64,000 bases of DNA from Candidatus Eiseniibacteriota bacterium (lineage in GTDB: Bacteria > Eisenbacteria > RBG-16-71-46): positions 1,344,001 through 1,408,000 of the forward strand of contig CAVSAC010000014.1 in assembly GCA_963725865.1 (NCBI GenBank), given 5' to 3'. The notes beneath the pieces are model-generated. The model was not told the DNA's origin, searched no databases, and worked only from the letters and a program-made list of their open reading frames with translations. Both the position numbers and the translations under genes were made by a program. Below, in pieces: positions 9,932-21,650 of the stretch (position 1 is its first letter; every line of letters starts with the position of its first letter).

Positions 9932-9960
9932 TTGCCACCTTCCGGCGGCTGCACTAGCTT
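9932..9960 (+). promoter_or_regulatory. Sigma70-like promoter of pepT
   Basis: TTGCCA (9932-9937), 17-nt spacer, TAGCTT (9955-9960). Preceded by the direct repeat GTCCGGGGCGTT at 9906-9917 and 9921-9932. Confidence 0.55.
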
Positions 9961-10003
9961 CCGTGGGCGATCCCTCGGCCCCCCCGTACCACCGGAGCAC
10001 ACC

Positions 10004-11258
10004 ATGCCCGAGATCACCCCCGTGCAGACCAGCGTCGTCGAGCGCTTCCTTCGCTACGTCACCGTCGACACCCAGTCGAGCGAGAACTCCACGACCTATC
10101 CCAGCACCCTCAAACAGCTCGTCCTGCTCGACCAGATCGTCGAGGAGCTGCGCGCCATCGGCCTGAAGGACGTCACGCGCGACGAGCACGGCTACGTGTT
10201 CGCGACCATCCCGGCCACCACGAAGAAGCACGTGCCCGTGATCGGCTTCATCGCCCACGTGGACACCTCGCCCGAGGCCCCGGGCGCGAACGTGAAAGCG
10301 ATCGTGCACCGCAACTGGCAGGGCCAGGACCTGGTGCTGCCGGACGACCCGACCGCGGTGCTGCGCGCGAGCGAGAATCCCGAGATGCTCGAGCTGAAGG
10401 GGCACGACCTCATCACCGCCTCGGGGAAGACGCTGCTCGGCGCCGACGACAAGGCGGGCTGCGCCGAGCTCGTGGCCGCGGCCGAGTACCTGGTGCAGCA
10501 CCCGGAGATCCCGCACGGCGCGGTCCGGCTCGGCTTCACGCCCGACGAGGAGGTCGGCGCCGGCACGAAGTACTTCGACGTGAAGCGCTTCGGCGCGGTG
10601 TGCGCCTACACCATGGACGGCGAGTCGCGCGGGCAGATGGACATCGAGACGTTCTCGGCCGACGCGATGACGATCACGTTCCAGGGCTTCAACACCCACC
10701 CGGGGTTCGCGAAGGGCCGCATGATCAACGCGATCAAGATCGCCGCGGACTTCGTGAGCCGGCTGCCGAAGGGCCGGCTCTCGCCCGAGAGCACCGAGGA
10801 GCGCGAGGGCTACGTGCATCCGTACGTCGTCGACGCCTCGGTGGAGCGCACGTCGGTGAAGCTGCTGATCCGCGACTTCACCACGCCGGGCCTCAAGGAG
10901 AAGGAGGACCTGCTCGCCGCGCTCGCGCAACGAGACCGTGAAGGCGTGGCCGGGCGCCTCGGTGGCGGTCAAGGTGGAAGAGTCGTACCGCAACATGAAG
11001 GAGATCCTCGACCGCGAGCCGCACATCGCCGAGTACGCGCGCGAGGCCATCCGCCGCGCGGGACTCGCGGTGCGCGAGTCCGCGATCCGCGGCGGCACCG
11101 ACGGCTCGCGGCTCTCGTTCATGGGGCTGCCGACGCCGAACGTGTTCGCCGGCGGCCACAACTTCCACTCGCGGCTCGAGTGGGTGTCGGCGCAGGACAT
11201 GGACAAGGCGGTCGAAGTGATCGTGAACATCGCCCGCATCTGGGAGGAGAAGGCGTGA
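10004..11258 (+). CDS. pepT: Peptidase T (M20B tripeptide aminopeptidase), one apparent +1 indel near 10930
   Basis: ERFLRYV, AHVDTS, LGADDKAG, FTPDEEVG; continues in the next frame with IRGGTDGSRLS and GGHNFHSRLEW. Confidence 0.92.
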
Positions 11259-11334
11259 ACTCGTCGCGCCCGTGCCCGCCGGAATCGCCGGTCGGCGCCC
11301 GCGGCACGGCTGGCACCTAGAGGAGACGGCCGAC

Positions 11335-11748
11335 ATGGCGTTCCGGATCCGCCGCGTGGAGTACTTCTACGCCAACATCGTCGACCAGCCCGGGGAGGCG
11401 TACACCGTCCTGCACGCCCTGGCCGGACTCGGCGTCAATCTGCTCGCCCTGGTCGCGGTGCCGATCGGCCCCGACCGCACCCAGATGACCATGTTCCCCG
11501 AGGACCGCCCGCGGCTGGTCGAGGCGGCCCGCAAGGCCGGACTCGCGCTGGACGGCCCGCACACCGCGTTCCTCGCCCAGGGCGACGACCACCTGGGCGC
11601 GCTCTCCGAGGTGCACGAGAAGCTGGCGCAGGTGCGGGTCAACGTGTTCGCCTCCACCGGCGTGACCGACGGCAGCGGGGCCTACGGTTACATCCTGTAC
11701 GTGCGCCCCGAGGAGATCGACCGGGCGTCCAAGGCGCTCGGCCTCTAG
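11335..11748 (+). CDS. Tandem ACT-like domain protein
   Basis: RBS AGGAG; two ACT-like repeats (DQPGEAYTVL..GVNL and DHLGALSEV..VNV). Confidence 0.65.
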   Translation: MAFRIRRVEYFYANIVDQPGEAYTVLHALAGLGVNLLALVAVPIGPDRTQMTMFPEDRPRLVEAARKAGLALDGPHTAFLAQGDDHLGALSEVHEKLAQVRVNVFASTGVTDGSGAYGYILYVRPEEIDRASKALGL

Positions 11749-11988
11749 CGACCCGCGGCGCCGGGCGCCGCGGCCGCCGACTTGCCGCGGAATCGCTTCC
11801 ACACCATCCTTAACGCCAACCAGGGTGGGGGATTTGCACGTGGATCGTGGTTCCAGGCCGAGTCCACACGCACTCGAGACCGCATTCGATCGTCACACGC
11901 AGTGGCTTCCGCGATGCGGCCGCCGCGCGCGCTCCTTCGGCGCGCGCCAGCGGTCCTGGCGCACGCCGCCGTCCGCGGGGGAGCGCCC

Positions 11989-14775
11989 ATGAAGCGCGCC
12001 CTCCGCCTGGCTCGCTGGCTCCCCGCGATCGTGCTCGGCCTGATCCTCGCCGACCACCCGCTGGATCTCGGGCGCGGCTTCGAGCAGTACGTGCCCGACG
12101 TGCCGGCCACGCTGCGGCGCGCACTCGAATCCGACGATGATCTGCAGCTCGCCCGGGTGGCGGAGAAGGCGGGGCCGACCGAGGTCCATCGCGTGGTCCT
12201 GCGCCTGCGGAACTCGATCCGGCTCGATTCCAAGGCCGCCTACCAGCGATCGCTCGCCGACCTCTCCCCGCCGATCCTGCGGCTCTCGCAGCAACTCGCG
12301 CTGGCCTTCGATCTGCCCGGCGAGCTGGAGGAGAGCCGCCTGCTGCTGCGCCGCCCGTACGAATCCGCCCTCGCCATGAATCAGCTGACCGCCGCGGCCG
12401 GTGCCGCCCTGGCCGACACCTCGCGCACCCCGGCCGAGCAGCTCGCCAGTATCGACCGCGCGCTGGCGGAGGCGGGGCGCCTGGACCTGTCGATCGAGCG
12501 TGCGGCCCTGCTCGGTCTCCGCGCCCAGGTCCAGGACGAGCGCGGGAGCATCGAGGGCGAGCTCGGCGACCTGCGTGGAGCCCTGGAGGCCAGCCGGGCG
12601 CGCGGGACCACGATGCTCACGATGAACCTGTTCAACACCTTCGCTTACGTCCAGGGCAAGGCGGGGCGGGTGGACTCGATGCTCGCCGGCCACGAAGCGG
12701 CGCTCGCGGAGTCGAGACGGCGCGGGCTCGGGGCGGAGGCGGGCCGCTCCCTGCGCATGCTCGCGAGCTACTACCGCTCCCAGGGGCGGGTCGCGCTCGC
12801 GCACAGCCTGCTGCTGCTGGCGCTCGAGGACCTGCGGCCCGCGCGCGCCGGGGAGGAGGAGCTGAGCGAGTTCCTCCGCGTGATCGATCAGCACGCGCGA
12901 TTCGGCGCGTGGGACCTGGTGGAGCGGGAGCTGGTCCAGGCAGACCTCATCGCGCGGCAACTGCCGCCGCCCGCGCGTCCCGATCGGGTCCTGAGCCGCT
13001 ACCTGCTCGATCGACTGCACGCGCGCCTGGATCTCGCGCGCGGTCGCCCGGACCGGGCGTGGAGCCGCTATCCGCAGATCCGAGCCGAGGCCGAGCGCGT
13101 CCCCTCGCGGGAGATCCTGCCGCGCTTCCTGCTCGAGTGGGGCCAGGCGCTGAGCGCCAACGGCCGTTGCAGGGAGGCGATCGCCCGGCTCGAGGAGGCG
13201 GGCCGCCTCGCGCAGCGCCGGGTGCTGCCGGCGATGGAGCCGGCGCTGTGCATCGCCCGCGCGCAGGCACTGGCCGGCGTGGGGCGGGCGGCCGAGGCGC
13301 GAGTGGAGCTCGACGACTTCGCAGCGCGGTCGCGATCCGGGGAGCTCGCGGACCGCGAGGGCTGGCTGGATCACGACGCGCTGCGCATTCGGCTGGGCCT
13401 CGACGCCGGCGATCGGGCCGCCGCGGAGCGCGCCGCCGCCGAGGCGTTGCACCGCCTCGATCGGATCGCGGCGCAGCTCGAGCCCGGGATCGAGGGCTAC
13501 TACTTCCTCGCGCGCTCGCGCGAGGTGGGCTCGGCCATCCATGCCCTGCTGCAGGACGATCCCGAGGCGAGCTACGCGCTCGAGATGCGGCTGCGCCTGC
13601 TTCCGCGCGTGCTCGGCCGCGGGGTCCGCGCTGACGGGTACGGCGGCGACGGCGTGCCGCGACTCCCGTCGGGCCGATTGCGCGAGGACCTGCAGACCTA
13701 TGCGCACGCCCTGAGCCTTCGGCTTGCTCGCGCGCACCAGGTCCACCTCCTGTATCGGATCGAGGACGGCCGGGTCATCCGCTGGTACTGCGATGCGCAC
13801 GGTCTGCGGCGGGAGATCCTCTCCGGCGACGGCTTCCGCCTCCGCGACCTGCTGGCGACCGCGCGGTTGAGCCTGGTCGCCGGGAGCCTCGCGCCCTCGG
13901 ATGGACGAGAGTGGCGCGAGCTGGCCGGGCTCCTGCTACCGCCGGAGCTGCGCGCGGGCTCCGCGGTGGACTCCGCGGCCGGGGTGCTGGTCAGCGCCGG
14001 TGGTGAACTCGAGCAACTGCCCTTCGAGATGCTCGACGTGGGCGCCGGCCCGCCGTACGCGCCGCTCGGTGCGCGCCACGACGTGGCCTACCTGCGCTAC
14101 GACGACCCGCCGTCGCGCCCCGAGCGAACGGGAGCGGCGCTGGTGCTCGCCGAACCCGAGCTGCCGGCGGACGTGCTCCGCCGGCACCCGGGTCTGACGG
14201 CGCTTCCCCTGAGTGCCGGGGAGGCCCGCGAGGTGGCGGCCCAGCAGCCCGGCGCGTACCTGCTGTCGGGCGCGCGCGCCACCAAGCCGGCCCTGGTCGA
14301 TGGATGGGCGCGCGCGTCGAGGATCTACCTGGTGACGCCGGCCGTGCGCGATGCCGAAGTCCCCTACCGGGTGTTCCTGCCCCTCGCGCAGCGTCCGGGC
14401 TCCACCGACCGCAGCGATGTCTCGCTGGAGCTCGAGGACATCCGGCGCGCGGACCTTCGCGGCTGTGCGATGGTGCTGCTCGTGAGCTGCGACTCCGAGT
14501 CGCCCTGCGACGACCGCGACGCGATGGGGCCGAGCCTCGCCGAGGGATTCCTCGATGCGGGTGCCGCCGCAGTCGTCGAGCCGCTGCTGCCGGTGTCCGA
14601 CGCCGAGACGCGCGGCTGCATGCACCGCTTCGGGCAGCAGTGGCGGGCCGGCGTCCCGTGCGCGCAGGCGCTGAACCGCGCGCGCCGCGAGGCGTGGGGC
14701 GCGCGGCCCTCGACGGGGGCCGCCGCCGGCTGGGGTTCGTACGTCGTCGAGCTCGCGTCGATCCCGCAGCCCTGA
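11989..14775 (+). CDS. TPR-CHAT domain protein (caspase-HetF-like), catalytic His apparently absent
   Basis: Long helical-repeat region, then CHAT motifs LEQLPFEML, LPLSAGEAREV, ATK, LVSCDS, LAEGFLDAGA, ALNRARR and WGSYVV. Confidence 0.8.
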   Translation: MKRALRLARWLPAIVLGLILADHPLDLGRGFEQYVPDVPATLRRALESDDDLQLARVAEKAGPTEVHRVVLRLRNSIRLDSKAAYQRSLADLSPPILRLSQQLALAFDLPGELEESRLLLRRPYESALAMNQLTAAAGAALADTSRTPAEQLASIDRALAEAGRLDLSIERAALLGLRAQVQDERGSIEGELGDLRGALEASRARGTTMLTMNLFNTFAYVQGKAGRVDSMLAGHEAALAESRRRGLGAEAGRSLRMLASYYRSQGRVALAHSLLLLALEDLRPARAGEEELSEFLRVIDQHARFGAWDLVERELVQADLIARQLPPPARPDRVLSRYLLDRLHARLDLARGRPDRAWSRYPQIRAEAERVPSREILPRFLLEWGQALSANGRCREAIARLEEAGRLAQRRVLPAMEPALCIARAQALAGVGRAAEARVELDDFAARSRSGELADREGWLDHDALRIRLGLDAGDRAAAERAAAEALHRLDRIAAQLEPGIEGYYFLARSREVGSAIHALLQDDPEASYALEMRLRLLPRVLGRGVRADGYGGDGVPRLPSGRLREDLQTYAHALSLRLARAHQVHLLYRIEDGRVIRWYCDAHGLRREILSGDGFRLRDLLATARLSLVAGSLAPSDGREWRELAGLLLPPELRAGSAVDSAAGVLVSAGGELEQLPFEMLDVGAGPPYAPLGARHDVAYLRYDDPPSRPERTGAALVLAEPELPADVLRRHPGLTALPLSAGEAREVAAQQPGAYLLSGARATKPALVDGWARASRIYLVTPAVRDAEVPYRVFLPLAQRPGSTDRSDVSLELEDIRRADLRGCAMVLLVSCDSESPCDDRDAMGPSLAEGFLDAGAAAVVEPLLPVSDAETRGCMHRFGQQWRAGVPCAQALNRARREAWGARPSTGAAAGWGSYVVELASIPQP

Positions 14776-14866
14776 CGCGCGCCCCTGAGGCGTTCCATTT
14801 CGGTCGTGCGCGCCGCTATGCTGCGCCGATGCGACCCTCCCTCACGACCGCGCCGCGGCACCCCGC

Positions 14867-15763
14867 ATGAGGTTCGCCGGCGAGTTGTGCGCGCTCGGCA
14901 CCGCCGGCTGCTGGGCGATCGGCTCCAATTTCTTCGCCGCCGCCGGGCAGCGCATGGGATCGGTGGTGCTCAACCGCCTGCGCATCACGGTCGCCGCGGG
15001 GCTGCTCGCCACCGCGCTGCTGGTCACCCGCGGCGCGGCGTGGCCGGGCTGGGCGACCCCCACCGAGGTCGCGCTGCTCGCGGTGTCGGGGCTGATCGGG
15101 TTCGTGTTCGGCGACACCTGGTACTTCCGCGCGCTGGTGATCCTCGGCCCCTCGCGTGCCGCGCTGCTCGCCTCGCTGGCGCCGATCTTCACGGCGCTGA
15201 TCGCGTGGCCGGTCCTCGGTGAGCACCCGGGCCCGCTCGCGCTGCTCGGCATGGCGCTCACCGTCGGCGGCGTCGCGCTGGTGCTGTGGCGGCGCGAGCA
15301 GCGCGAGCAACCGCACGTCGAGGGCTCGGTGCTGGTCGGCGTGATGGCCGGCGTGCTGGGCGCGATCGGGCAGGCGGGCGGCTACGTGCTCTCGAAGGTC
15401 GCGATGCGCTCGGGGCTCGATCCGCTCTCGGCCACGGTGATCCGCGTGGTCGCCGCGATGGCCGGCGTGTGGGTGCTGGCCGCCGGCCAGCGCCAGGTGC
15501 GCGCCACGCTCGGCGCGCTGCGCGACCGCGGCGCGGCGGGATTCATGTGCGCGGGAGCGTTCTTCGGCCCGTTCCTCGGCGTGACGCTCTCGCTCGCGGC
15601 GCTCCAGTTCATCGAGGCCGGCGTGGCCGCCTCCATCACCGCGTTCTACCCGGTGCTCACGCTGCTGATCTCGTCGCGCTTCCACGGCGAGCGCATCACC
15701 GCGCGGTTCATGCTCGGCGCGCTGGTGGCGGCGGTGGGAGTGGTGGTGCTGTTCCTGCGATAG
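14867..15763 (+). CDS. DMT/EamA family transporter
   Basis: About 10 TM helices in two repeats; GELCALGTAGCW, GFVFGD, LGPSRA and GPFLGV motifs. Confidence 0.9.
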   Translation: MRFAGELCALGTAGCWAIGSNFFAAAGQRMGSVVLNRLRITVAAGLLATALLVTRGAAWPGWATPTEVALLAVSGLIGFVFGDTWYFRALVILGPSRAALLASLAPIFTALIAWPVLGEHPGPLALLGMALTVGGVALVLWRREQREQPHVEGSVLVGVMAGVLGAIGQAGGYVLSKVAMRSGLDPLSATVIRVVAAMAGVWVLAAGQRQVRATLGALRDRGAAGFMCAGAFFGPFLGVTLSLAALQFIEAGVAASITAFYPVLTLLISSRFHGERITARFMLGALVAAVGVVVLFLR

Positions 15764-16120
15764 CGCGGGCGGTACGGCGCGAGCACTCGTGGCTCTTCGA
15801 TCCGGCATGACCCGGTGGCGCCCGCGCTCCATCGGGCGTAACATTCCCGCCGGTCACCCGATCGCACGGTCTTCGTGCCGCGGACGGTCGCCCGGGTGGC
15901 CGCGGCCGCCCACGCGCCCCGAAGGGCCCCTCATGTCCGCGGGACTCGAGGCCTGCTTCGCCTCGACGCATCGACCCCCGCCCACGCGCGTCGTCACCCG
16001 ACGACGGCCTCGCCGCATCCGTGAGCCCCTCCGCGCTCCGACCACTCTCCGAGCCCGCGCCCCTCGCCACCGCCCCGATCCGGTGTCCGGCGACCTCGGC
16101 TCCCGAAAGGAGCCCGGACC

Positions 16121-18601
16121 ATGGTCCGTCGATCCCGTCCCGCCCCGAACGCACGCTGTGGCGCGCGCACGCTGCTCGGATGCCTCGCCGCCGCGCTGAT
16201 CGTCTGCGCGCTTCCGGCTGCCGTCCACGCGCGCCCGCTGTTCGCGGCGCCGTTCACGGCCTACGAGTGCGGCTACTACCCGCAGGTCGTGGTGGCTACC
16301 GATCTCAACCACGACGGCCATCCCGACCTCGCGGTGGCGGCCAACGACGGCGCGGTGTCGGTGCTGCTGAACCGCGGCGACGGCACCTACTGGCCGCGCA
16401 CGGCGCTGGTGGGCGGTGCCACGCCCGCGGGGCTCGCGGTCGCCGATCTCAACAACGACGACGACCTCGACCTGGTCGCGACCAACTCGGGCGGCAACAG
16501 CGTCTCGGTGTTCCTCGGTGACGGTTTCGGCGGATTCGGCGCGAAAACCGACTACACCACCGGCACCGGGCCGAGCGCGGTCGCGATCGGCGACCTCAAC
16601 GGCGACCTGCGGCTCGATCTGGTGGTGGCGAACAACGCCGCCTACACCGTCTCGGTGCTGATCGCCAACGGGTCCGGCGGCTTCGCCACCAAGCTCGACT
16701 ACTCCGTCGGCGCCGCACCCAACTCGATCGCCCTCGGGGACCTCAACGGCGACGACCGGCTCGACATGATCGTCGGCACCGGCGGCCTGAACACATTCAC
16801 GGTGCGGCTCGGCAGCGGCACCGGCACGTTCGGCGCGCGCAACGACCTGCCCACCGGCGGTGCGCCCAACTGCGTCTACGCCGAGGACGTCAACGGCGAC
16901 CATCTGCTCGACGTGGTGACCGCGGGGCCCACCGCGGTCTCGGTGCTGCCGGGCCTCGGCAACGGCGCGTTCGGCACCCGCGTCGACCTCGCCACGCCGG
17001 CGGCCTCGTACGGCGTGGTGGTCGAGGACCTGAACGGCGACGGACTGGCCGACATCGCGTGCACCAGTCGCACCAGCGGCTCGAGCCAGGTCTCGGTGTG
17101 GCAGGGAGAGGGCGGCACCTCGTTCGGCGCGCGCGCCGACGCGCCGACCGGATTCGCCGCCAACTGGATCACCTCCGCCGACGTCGACGGCGACGGCCGG
17201 CTCGACCTCATCACCACGTGCCGCGACGTGGGGTTGGTGGCGGTGCTGCCCGGGCACTCGGGCGGCGGCTTCGGTACCGCGCTGGTGTCGGCGACCGGCA
17301 GCCACCCGCGCGACGTGGCGCTGGCGGACCTCAATCACGACGGCCGGCTCGACCAGGTGTCGGTGGACAACTCCGCGAACGGCTTCTCGGTGCGGCTCGG
17401 CCTCGGCAACGGCACGTTCGGCGCGCGGACCGACTACCCCAACGGCACCTCGCCGCGCGCGGTGGCGCTCGCCGACTTCAACGGCGACACCCACCTCGAC
17501 ATCGTCACGTCCAACACCACCACGTACACCGTCACCGTGCGGCTCGGCGTCGGCGACGGCACCTTCGGCGCGGCGACCGCGTACACCACCTACGCCGGCA
17601 CGTGGGACGTGCAGGTGGGCGACGTCGATCGCGACGGCAAGCTCGACATCGCCGCCACCTGTTACGGCACCGTCTCGATCCTGGCCGGCCTCGGCAACGG
17701 CACGTTCGGCGCCCGCACCGACGTCTCCATCGGCTCCGGCCCGCGCGGATTCGCGCTCGTGGACCTCGATCAGGACAACGACCTCGACCTGGTGGTCGCG
17801 CTGTGGACCGCCAAGGCGGTCGCGGTCGCGCTCAACAACGGCACCGGCGGCTTCGGTGGCGTGACCACGATGTCGGTGCCGAACAACTGCGGCGACCTCG
17901 TGTGCGGCAGCGCCTCCGTCGGCGGCCCGCTGGGCCTGGCGGCGGTCAACGGCAGTCTGCTCAGCATGTGGCTGGGAAACGGCAACGGCACGTTCAGCCC
18001 CCGCAGCGACATGAACCTGGTGGTGACCGGCGACGCGGTGACCGGGGGCGACGCGGACGGCGATGGTGACTACGACCTGCTGGTGACGCTGGCGGCCGCC
18101 GACGTGGTGGCGCTGGCGCCCAACCAGGGCGGCACCCTGATGGGGCCGCTCGAGTACTACGGCACCGGTGTCGAGCCGTCCGCGATCGCGGTCGGCGACG
18201 TCAACGGCGATGGCCGGCCGGATCTCGCCGTCGCCGACTGGGGCTCGTCCCACGTCATGGTGCTGCCGGGCGCGGCACGCCAGTCCTGGGTCGATGCGCC
18301 GCCGGCGCCGCCGCGCGCGCCCCGCGCGCTCGCGCTCGCGGCGGCGTGGCCGAACCCCGCGCGCGTGTCGGCCACGATCGTGTTCGAGACGCCGCGCACC
18401 GACCGCGTCAGCGTGCGCATCCGCGACATCGCCGGTCGCACCGTGCGGACGCTCGAATCGGCGCCCGCCCGCGCCGGCCGCGGCGAGGTGGGATGGGATC
18501 TGCGCGACGCCCGCGGGCTGCGCGTGCGAGCGGGCGTCTACCTGATCGAGGCGAGCGACGGCCGGAAGCGCGTGGCGCGACGGATGGTGGTGCTGGAGTA
18601 G
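16121..18601 (+). CDS. Secreted FG-GAP/VCBS repeat protein with C-terminal FlgD-Ig/T9SS-A-like domain
   Basis: Signal peptide; about 13 DxNxDGxxD repeats; C-terminal AWPNPARV...IRDIAGRTVRTL...WDLRDARG..AGVYLI. Confidence 0.9.
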   Translation: MVRRSRPAPNARCGARTLLGCLAAALIVCALPAAVHARPLFAAPFTAYECGYYPQVVVATDLNHDGHPDLAVAANDGAVSVLLNRGDGTYWPRTALVGGATPAGLAVADLNNDDDLDLVATNSGGNSVSVFLGDGFGGFGAKTDYTTGTGPSAVAIGDLNGDLRLDLVVANNAAYTVSVLIANGSGGFATKLDYSVGAAPNSIALGDLNGDDRLDMIVGTGGLNTFTVRLGSGTGTFGARNDLPTGGAPNCVYAEDVNGDHLLDVVTAGPTAVSVLPGLGNGAFGTRVDLATPAASYGVVVEDLNGDGLADIACTSRTSGSSQVSVWQGEGGTSFGARADAPTGFAANWITSADVDGDGRLDLITTCRDVGLVAVLPGHSGGGFGTALVSATGSHPRDVALADLNHDGRLDQVSVDNSANGFSVRLGLGNGTFGARTDYPNGTSPRAVALADFNGDTHLDIVTSNTTTYTVTVRLGVGDGTFGAATAYTTYAGTWDVQVGDVDRDGKLDIAATCYGTVSILAGLGNGTFGARTDVSIGSGPRGFALVDLDQDNDLDLVVALWTAKAVAVALNNGTGGFGGVTTMSVPNNCGDLVCGSASVGGPLGLAAVNGSLLSMWLGNGNGTFSPRSDMNLVVTGDAVTGGDADGDGDYDLLVTLAAADVVALAPNQGGTLMGPLEYYGTGVEPSAIAVGDVNGDGRPDLAVADWGSSHVMVLPGAARQSWVDAPPAPPRAPRALALAAAWPNPARVSATIVFETPRTDRVSVRIRDIAGRTVRTLESAPARAGRGEVGWDLRDARGLRVRAGVYLIEASDGRKRVARRMVVLE

Positions 18602-18667
18602 CGACGAGGCGGATCGCCGCAGGATCCCGGCGCGAGTCGCAGCGGTGCTCGCGCCGGCGCGTCCGCG

Positions 18668-19375
18668 TCAGCCGATGCGCTTGCCGTCGATCGACCAGTT
18701 GCGGAACCAGCGGAAGCTGTCGAGCTCGAGCAGCGCGATGCCGGTGAAGTAGAGGAAGCCGGCCGCGTACACCCGCCACGGCTGCTCGACCCACAGTCCC
18801 GAGCTGGGCAGCGCGAGCCGCGCCTTCACCTCGTCGGTGATGCCGAGGGCGGGCCACGGCACGACCACGCTCGCGCCGCACGCGAACAGGTAGCAGACCA
18901 CGCCGCCCGCCCAGCCGCGCTGGATCAGGCTCTTCTCCTCGCCCGCGGGCGCCTGGCCGAACAGCACACCGGTCATGCGATTGAGCATCAGGCTCCAGAA
19001 CGCGACCAGCGGGCCCGCGCTCTGGAACGCGAGCGCGAACCCGGCGGCGAACAGCGTGTAGAACAGTCCGAGCCCGATCAGTCGCAGCACCTTCCTGCCG
19101 CGCGCGTCGCCGCTCACGATCACCTGACCGGCGAAGGCGGAGGAGTGGATGATGATGAACTCCATCAGCACCGCGAGGAACAGCCACCGCAACGCCGTCA
19201 CCGGCAGCTGGTCGGGTGCGATCCAGGCGGCGAGGAACGACGCCCCCAGCACGAAGTCGGGCAGCGCCGACAGCACGTGCGGAGCCGGGAACGCGCCCGC
19301 GTCGAGCGGCGCGGGCGCCACGTCCGCGGGCGCGGGTCCCGGATCGGGGTCGACGGGCTGAGGAGCGGTCGCCAT
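18668..19375 (-). CDS. Hypothetical polytopic membrane protein
   Basis: About 6 hydrophobic segments with typical codon usage; start uncertain (19375 or 19387). Confidence 0.65.
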   Translation of the reverse strand: MATAPQPVDPDPGPAPADVAPAPLDAGAFPAPHVLSALPDFVLGASFLAAWIAPDQLPVTALRWLFLAVLMEFIIIHSSAFAGQVIVSGDARGRKVLRLIGLGLFYTLFAAGFALAFQSAGPLVAFWSLMLNRMTGVLFGQAPAGEEKSLIQRGWAGGVVCYLFACGASVVVPWPALGITDEVKARLALPSSGLWVEQPWRVYAAGFLYFTGIALLELDSFRWFRNWSIDGKRIG

Positions 19376-19513
19376 GCCCGGGGTCATCGGCCACTCCTGC
19401 CCGCGGCATCAGTCCGGCGGCGGCCGCAATTCATCGTGGAGCGTCGCGCGCCCCAGGCGCTAGACTCCCGCGCACTCTTGCCTCACCGCACCACCGCCCC
19501 ACCGGAGGATGCC

Positions 19514-21475
<1,962 letters not shown>

Positions 21476-21591
21476 GCCGGTGGGCTCGCGCGCTTCCGCG
21501 CGCGGCGAGGACGCGGGCGCGCTCGATCCGCTCGGCGGCGAGAATTGCGCGCCTCGGCGAGATCGCGCTGGCGGGTGCGGTGCACTCGGGC

Positions 21592-21650
21592 TAGCCTCAT
21601 TGGGCACCCGTCCCGCCGGCGCCCCTCGGCGGGCCGCCGAGGAGACCCCG
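21592..21650 (+). promoter_or_regulatory. Duplicated promoter/leader of paralog 1 (-10 box, hairpin, RBS)
   Basis: TAGCCT (21592-21597), stem CCCGCCG/CGGCGGG (21612-21633), GAGGAG. Same arrangement at 23125-23183. Confidence 0.55.

Noticed and set aside
11821..11838. Sigma54-like GG-N10-GC upstream of the CHAT gene
   Set aside because: Only the spacing and TTGC match; the TGGCAC half is absent, so it is too weak to call.
16300..18260. Periodic DNA repeats as a CRISPR array or tandem repeat
   Set aside because: They are degenerate in-frame FG-GAP coding repeats, not identical repeats with spacers, and no cas genes are present.
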